Shown here one piece after another: positions 56,262 to 64,000 of a DNA stretch of 64,000 nt. Source of the stretch: Seison nebaliae (taxonomy: Eukaryota); the NCBI GenBank assembly GCA_023231475.1, contig JALJEE010002436.1:186001-250000 (forward strand), read 5' to 3'. Every line of letters starts with the position of its first letter. The stretch's first letter is position 1. The translations under genes were made by a program, and so were the position numbers. The notes under the pieces are model-generated. The model was not told where the DNA came from. It saw only the letters and a list, made by a program, of their open reading frames with translations, and did not search any database.

Positions 56262-59200
56262 TGCGCTTCGAATATTTCCCGATAATATTCTTCCTTCTCT
56301 GTCCTTCTTACAAATAAAGTTCTCCTTTCAGATACAAAGTACTCTCCTTCTCTACTCGAGATCTATTGCAATCGAAGAAATAACGTCATAGATGACTGAA
56401 TTATGAGTTGGAATATCATTTTGTTTTGAGTTGATAGAAAATTTGAATGTAAAACATTCGAATGGATATTAAAAAAACTTAATGGTTTTTATCTTTCCTC
56501 TGACCTTCAACTCACAAAAGAAATGAAAACAATTTGTTACTATTCCCTCCCAACTCAACAGCATCATCGCTCCTAGTTACTTGTTCGATGGAGAAACGAT
56601 GATCATGATCATCATGATGATAATATGGAAATGTTCGTTGTTGTCCAAATCTCACTGGATTGGGGGGAAAGTAATAGAAGTAACGGTGCAAATCGTCTAC
56701 AAAAACATTTGATAGGGTAGTTAACATTAATGAAAACGCCAGAACTACTTCATTCATAATTACATATATATTTACTTCTTTAACTTCATAAATAGATTGA
56801 AATTTTTAAACACTAAAATTAGATATTACTGACAATAACTATAATAATCATGAAGATGATCTCAGTTAGACTAATTGGAAGAAAAAGAGGAGGGAACGAG
56901 ATTGAAAGTAACGGAAGTGCAGTAAAATATTTCAGGTAAATCTGTTCATTATAAATGTACCCATTATCTTGTCATTTATAGTGAACGTAAATTTCTCAAA
57001 TTAAGTTGAACGGCTAATGACATGCAATTAATCTTGCGCTTTTATAAGAACCCTACTCAACGAGGGGATAGTCTCATTTTGATTTTTTTCTTCAAATCAC
57101 ATTTTTCCTTTTCCCGTACAATCGACCAACCACTTTTCAATTTATTCTTTCTCAATTACTTCTCCAAAATCATCATCATTTTCCATTGTCATTTTCCATC
57201 CTCTCATCTTCTATTCGTATCCGATTACTATATTTCTGTCATTCTAATTTTAAGTACTCTCGTGATTTGAATGGAATTGGAGACGGTGAGAAAAGTGACG
57301 AATGTAGGATTTATGAGAATGGTTGTTTAGACAATCATCATGATGAACATAGTCGAGGAATTTCTCATTAACATTTCCTTTTTAATCATCAAATTCGAAT
57401 TGGAATCATTTTCAACATATTTCAACTGGTCGTTTGATTTGACGAATAATCGTAGGAGAATAAATGAGAGAAAATAGTTTTCTGCAATTTTCTTTAAAGA
57501 AACTTGTTACTATTTTATTGTGAAGAGAATGTATGAGTTTTTTTTTATGTCGCGCAAACGAAATGAAAAGGTACCAATGAAAACGAGTTTTCTATTCGTC
57601 TTTCAAGTAAAGAAATGATTGAAGGGAACGTCAGAGATTGTTTGGAGGGAAATCGATACGAAAAGAGATAGTAGCTGTAGGTAGGAGAACATGTTTATTG
57701 AAATGAGTAAAGGAAGAAATTTGAAAGAAATTTGATTATGGAGAAGAAAAAATTAAAGTTCGCTAATGGCTCCATAAAAATCACACTAGTATTAGTAAAA
57801 GAAAAAGTAGTTGAATGTCTATTTGTCGGTCCGTCGACGAATAACGACAACAACGAGAAAATTTTCTTTCGTTTTCTTTTCACTCGCTACTTATTTCTTT
57901 TAGCACTCATCCGACTCTCCTCTCATTCTCTCCCATTTGAACGGATACCTGATATTTTCTACCTCTCCCACCTTTCTAATCGGAAACATTCTCGTGTTTG
58001 CATAGGAGTCGTCAAATTGATAAATAATTTTTATAGTTCCTCCAGTACAATCGGAGAAGATATTCTTCTATTCTCCACGATGTAGTGATAGAATGACTCA
58101 ACCGATATCTAGCGCTAAATTCCATTACATAACCGTCTTGGAGATGAAGATGATTTAATTACTGAATGAATGTAATGCATGAAATGAAATAGATCACCAT
58201 TCTCCCATTCATAAGGAGAAATAGTTTCGAGATATTTATGAAGACATGTCACGAAAGGAGAGACACTTCACTTAATGTGTTTGGTCATTCGAAAGTTAAA
58301 AATTTCTTCTTCTTCTTCATTTGGGATTAATTAAATTTCCTCATTCGTATTGGTGTGCGAAAAGGAGAAATGGTATTTCTGATGATTTATCTTCCATCTA
58401 ACGACCAGTGACGTTAGGAGAAGAAAAGATCATTTCAGATGATGAACGAAAGTTAAGTCGTCAATGGGCGATCGGTAAAAATGATTTCGGTATTTGTTAT
58501 TTGTCTATTCTGGTGAATGACATATTTGTCACTCCTCGCTAACCAAATACCATAAATCACCAATGAAGCTGGAGCTGGAAAGATGATTGAATGCCAATCA
58601 AAAACTGGAATTGGAAACAACCAATTTTTATGTGAATATAACACGAAAACAATGACGGATGATCAATTCATTGTTTGTGAGATGAAATAATGGAATCTTC
58701 TTCTTATTCTCTTGTTGGTTCCGATCGATGAGTCGATGAAAAATAGAAAACTCGTCTCAAACTTTCTCTACTCCAACACTGATATTTAAGATGAAAAGAG
58801 AAAGTGAAAAAAATCAGTTGATACGATTGAGAGTACAGGGCAGTTCCCGATAAAAGGACCTGCATGTTAGTGATGGAGTTGCTATTCACAAAAAGAAAAA
58901 GTAGTAGAAACAGCATCCATGCCGTCAAGTTATGCCATTAACTTAATTTATAGATTTCTTTATAGCCCATAAAAATGGAACAGTTCGTTTACTGTTACAT
59001 GGAAAGAAAGAGGAATCGAATAAGCAAAAGAATGTTGAAAGTTTCATTCCAACGTCGGATAGATGACTCGTACTAGTTCGATGATTCGATCGATGTCAAA
59101 CTGAAATGAGAAATAAAATTAGATTAGATTGGTCATACAAATGTTTGTATCAAATATTCCTCTTCTCATAAACATCGTTACCATCATTTCCTATTATTAC

Positions 59201-60262
59201 CGGTTTTTTTTTTGTTCGATTGTTATTCTAACTCGTCGTGTGTGGTAATGAGCAACAAGTTGAACATCAAAACTCCTTTCAAAAAACAGAAAACATTAGA
59301 GAAATTACGAGTTCTCCTTAACAGAAAACGGATATTACTTTCGATCAATACAAATTTCCCCTCTTAAAAGATGATGCAATTAGATAGCGGGCCATTCTTG
59401 TTGCTCACTGATCTTTTTCTCTTCTCTCGATTACATCGATCGTAAATATAGATAACGCGCCAATGTGAAACAAATGCCGATAATGAGTCGGAATTACAAA
59501 TCAGAAATCCTCCATTAAAATCAGATTAGCGGTACCGTAGCTCAATTGTCGATTCGTCTTCTCAATTTGTAATGAAGGCGCGAAGTTGACGCGACGCTTT
59601 CAAATCGGCAAAAACGCTTTAACATTCGCCCCCTCTATTATCATTAACGATCGGAAGAAAATTCCGTTTTTGTGGAATTCTGATGAGAGTAGTGTCGATG
59701 GAGAATTGATGAGTTTCTTTCGGTTCTTGTTAACAGGAGATAGTTGAGAAAGTGGAGAATGTCTTGAACGAGAATGTTACTGATGAATGATAATTTCATA
59801 AAAATTATTGAAATATTCCATCGTTTTCACCGTTAATTAGTTTTTGAATATTTCACCTTTCTTCCTTTCTCTTCTATATGAATTGTGTTCTTCGTCATTC
59901 TTTCCTCGTCATTAATATCTCATTAGACTACTCAATTCTGAACGTTAATAATGTTATTAGACTTCCGTATCGTCATATATCGTTTCGATGCTACTCGAGA
60001 ATCGACAACGTCATCACTTGTATGTCGATAGTAATTGGTATGAGGAATACCTTCAACTCATCAAATCACAAGGTGAAGAATGATCATTAAAAAATCGTTT
60101 CTGAAACGACACAAATATCATCTTTCTCAAATCAACTTTATCCCTTTACACAATTATGAAGTGAAAGTGAAATTAATTTGAAATAAAAAATTTTATTATG
60201 AAAATTCCGAATAAAAAGAATTATGAGGAAACGGTAAAAAGGAAGACAAAAGTGATTATCAT

Positions 60263-63200
60263 TTAATCCTGATTATAATTCCTTCGCTGATAATAGAGTT
60301 GTATGATGGAACGATCGACTGGATAGAATTCGAGTAAATTCTTTGCGAAAAGTGTTGGAATAAAAAGAACGGTCGTCGTTTCCTTGGCAACGACATCATA
60401 AGGAAAATGCAGATCAGTTTTATTCGACCAATGTTTCTGTCTCGGATATTTATTCCAAACAATCAATTTCTCGATACCTTTCATTGTACGATTGGATTGT
60501 TGTTGAAGAATATTATTGAGTAATTCCGGATGTTCCATATGTGAATCGATGTTGAGATTTCCAAAATAAAATCCGGCACCATAAATCTGAAGAAATGAAG
60601 AAGAATTATATATGGAAGAAATGAAATTAAGAAACTGTTGGAATTGCAGAGAACTCTTCAACCTCACCTTCTTGGATATATCCGAATCCGAAAGCGAATG
60701 TATCTTTCGCTATAATCGTATCATTCATTTGATAAACATGAATTTGAGTATGTAGTGATAAATTTCTTATAAATGCACGTGATAATCGAGAAAGTAAAGG
60801 AACGGACTTAATTGACATATTATTACAAAAAGGAAAAATATTATAAATATAAGAAAAATTTAAATATAATAATAAAACTTTGACGAATTTTGATATTAGT
60901 TCATTGTACACGTCCATTTTCAATGAGAAAGAAAAATGATTTAATAATCGGTTAATATTCTGATTCTTCGAAATGTTTCCATGTTTCTTGCAACTCGTCA
61001 AAGCGTGATTCCTCACAACCGGATCAATTTCAACAGTTTGCAGTAACACCTATTTGATGAAAAATCGAATTTGATTGATTCGAATTAATAATTATTTATT
61101 TATAATTAAAAAGAGAAACATTTAGAGAAAATATTTTATCTTCCAATTCTGCTGCTTCTTTTATCCCAGACAAGAAAAGTGGTATCAATTTACAGAACAT
61201 GAATATATACACCACCTTACCAAAGAACATTAGAAGAATATCAAATAGACATAATAGTGTCGATTCGGGAATCTTGTAATAATCTTCATTTATTTCAAAT
61301 ACAAATAATAATAACAACATCGACATTGATTTAACCTGCATGAAAGAATAACATGACGACCGGTTCTAACGCTGGATTTAATGCTTGAATGAGAAATTCT
61401 TCAGCTGTTAATATCGGTCTCATACAGAATGAATGATTCGTACTCAATAAGTGAACGAAGGCCGTAACAAAATAGACGATACTTAAAACGAAACTGATAT
61501 AACCAATCCAATAAGCCCATCGATTAATCTTGAGAACAGATCGATTGATAATTGCTATAAAACTGATGATAAGATAATAATAATGAGTAATGAAGGAAGA
61601 CGAAACTTGAAATAGAAATAAATCCTGAATACTTTCGGGAAACTGAGAATACTATAAACGGGTATACCACAATATGGAAGTAAACGAGCTAAAACCGCAT
61701 ATGGCGCCAATGTAATGAAGAAGAAAGTAGCGAGTAATGTTCGATATAGAATGGAATTTAATCTCATTTCGAAGAAATAATAAATATGTGTGATAAAATG
61801 GAGATCGGAGATGATATGATAACTCATCCAATATTTACCACTTTTCATATTGAAACATAATTCGGTTAAGGAAAGGAAGTAAGTTGTGGCACTGAAAATG
61901 ACGAGGAGTAAAGTTGAAGCTCGTTCGATGTTGTTCTCGAACCAATTGGAGAACATTTTTGGAATTAAACTTCGGACGAATGAGGGTAGTCGAATCATAA
62001 AGAAATTATAGAATTTATTCCTCACACTTTTCTTTTTCGAATGTTTCTTTTCACGATTATTTTTTTTCTCTACTCGATGAATGATTTTTGGAGTTGGTAT
62101 TTTATCGTTAAAACTGAGTGAATATGGATAGTGTTGTTTTCCTTCAATATCATATGTACCAAAATAAGTATTCGGATGTAATCGACCTCCCACTGATTGA
62201 CCCGGTTCCCCATAATAAACGTTTTTACATCCATATCTCAACGGTCCATCCAAACACCCGTTTACTTCATGTTGACATAATTCATGCACTTGTAACAATC
62301 GTGTATATATTTCAGATAGAATTTGATATTGTTCCGAATTCTCGAATTTACTCGCCGCCGATTCAAAAGAGACTGATCTGTGGAGAATGTTAGTGGAATT
62401 TCTCTTGAGAGTTTCCAATGAACGTTCCGTTCTCCCAAAACTGCCCAAGGAAAATTCCATTTCAGAATTCGAACTTATTCCAGAAATCGTTTGGGCGGAA
62501 CCGATATTACCTTTTTCTTTGTGAGCCATGGCCTATGGGAGGAGAATTTTGAAAATTGTTTTTGAAATTAGTTATCCCTATGGAAAATGTAACTTGTCTT
62601 CTCCATTTCTCTAACAAGGGAAGATAACGTTGAACTTGTTTGAGTTGATGAGTTGTCCAAAATAAATAAACGTAATGAACATGACGACCGATGCGAAAGA
62701 GTTCAGCGATTTTTTCCGGTTCTAAACTAACCGTTTCTAATACTGCGTTAAGTGGAATTCGAAGTAATTCTACTTTTGTTAGCGCTCTTAAATTTAATGA
62801 GAATAGAAAATAAAAAAGGATTTTAAATATAAAAAAATTTAAAAGAATTTTATAAACTTGACAGTTATCGGTGAGGGTCTTTTCATAATAGCTCCAATAT
62901 TGAAGATGCAAACGCCTTCCTTGAATCGACCATTTTGAGTGACGATTTCACAATGATCCTGATCAATCAACACACAAGTTCCATTGACAATGAAATAGAT
63001 ATCAGTCACCACATCATCAGTACGATAAAGAATTTCATTCGCCGGCAAATAAACACGACGAGCAGTTTCTGTCAATTTTTCTAATTGTTCTAAATAATAA
63101 TATATTTTAAATTTCCATTGAGCAAAGAAAGAAACCGTGACTAAATAATGAGAAAGCATTTGACGACATCATCAATAAAGCGTTTAGATCGAAACATAAA

Positions 63201-64000
63201 TTGGTACGAAGACGAGGTGAAATATATCGGAGAAGATCTTCCCATTCTTCATGACGATTATTCTCCCATAAAAGCTTGTGATAATTATTTATTCGTTCCA
63301 CATATGATGTCAATCGGAATGATTTTAAGAACTCCATCAATTCCGCTCGATCTTGGTGGAAATAATCTTTGAGTAAACTAAATTTGACGAATTGAGCTGA
63401 AAAATATCGTACGGCAAATTCGTAGAAAGCGAAAGATGCGATAATGAATCCCATTCTCTTAATTTGTTCTACTATATCAATCGGCAATTGAAAGGGAATA
63501 CTGGTTCTGGTAGCGATGATGGTGAAATAGAAGAATGAATAAAAATAAGTATCGATATGTATTGGTTTATCTATCAACCATTGTTCACCACGACAAATGT
63601 ATCCCTGACTGAATTCCACATTATTTTCATTTTCTACTAAATTAAAATTCCATTTACATGTCGTCACGAAGAGGATACAAGCGCCGAAATGATGGAAGAA
63701 TATGAGGAGTAAACCAGCTCGAATGCGCAGGAAAAATTTTGAATGTGTATGAATAGTCACTTGTAAGTATCGGAAGAAGTTAGAAAAGTAGACGAGTTGA
63801 AGGAGACGATTTAATTTCAAATAAATCACAACATCATGATTAAAATCTCCAATTAGTAAACCGACGACATAATCGATTGGAAACGTCGCTAATAAATCGA
63901 ATCGTTTCGATGTTTTTATTGAATTGTATTTTATCGTTTGGATCGGATATTCCATTTGTCTCAATGTTGATGCAAGAACTTGAAGTAACCAGAATGTCTG
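60263..64000 (-). CDS. Cyclic-nucleotide-binding-domain ion channel-like protein with at least two channel/CNBD modules; 5' end outside the window
   Basis: FDLLATFPID, YLKLNRLLQL, C-linker ISPRLRTNL, CNBD YLPANEILYR.DDVVTDIYFIVNG; second TM block and second CNBD YQMNDTIIAKD..AFGFGYIQEGEV. Confidence 0.75.

Noticed and set aside
59531..59600. CCGTAGCTCAATTG resembling a tRNA D-arm/A-box
   Set aside because: No complementary D-stem, T-loop GTTCRA or acceptor stem
56270..60250. Hox-associated microRNAs (miR-10, miR-993) near Hox6
   Set aside because: No match to the mature sequences seen by eye; a formal scan is still needed

Overview
AT-rich, gene-dense animal nuclear DNA with very short introns (about 44-72 nt in those I could delimit). 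It holds about 22 protein-coding genes: three ANTP-class homeobox genes (engrailed, Dbx and one central Hox6/Lox5-class gene), housekeeping genes (PSMC2, RPS23, SEC61B, PDK, sideroflexin, DNAJC5, arfaptin, SHOC2, an M16 peptidase, a divergent ILK), two ciliary genes with RFX X-boxes (IFT81, CFAP77), a partial tandem cyclic-nucleotide-binding channel and several orphans. The Hox gene has a KSLND peptide after the homeodomain, which points to Gnathifera; a compact-genome rotifer relative such as a seisonid is my inference. The strongest signal is in splicing: 35 of 38 introns reconstructed by hand in nine conserved genes begin GTT instead of the usual GTR, with +5 G mostly absent. Also notable are an intronless USP-fold gene lacking the catalytic His and bracketed by related repeats, a 131-bp DNA-level copy of part of PSMC2, and engrailed-Dbx-Hox linkage without a Hox cluster. 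All gene calls come from manual motif recognition; no searches were run.
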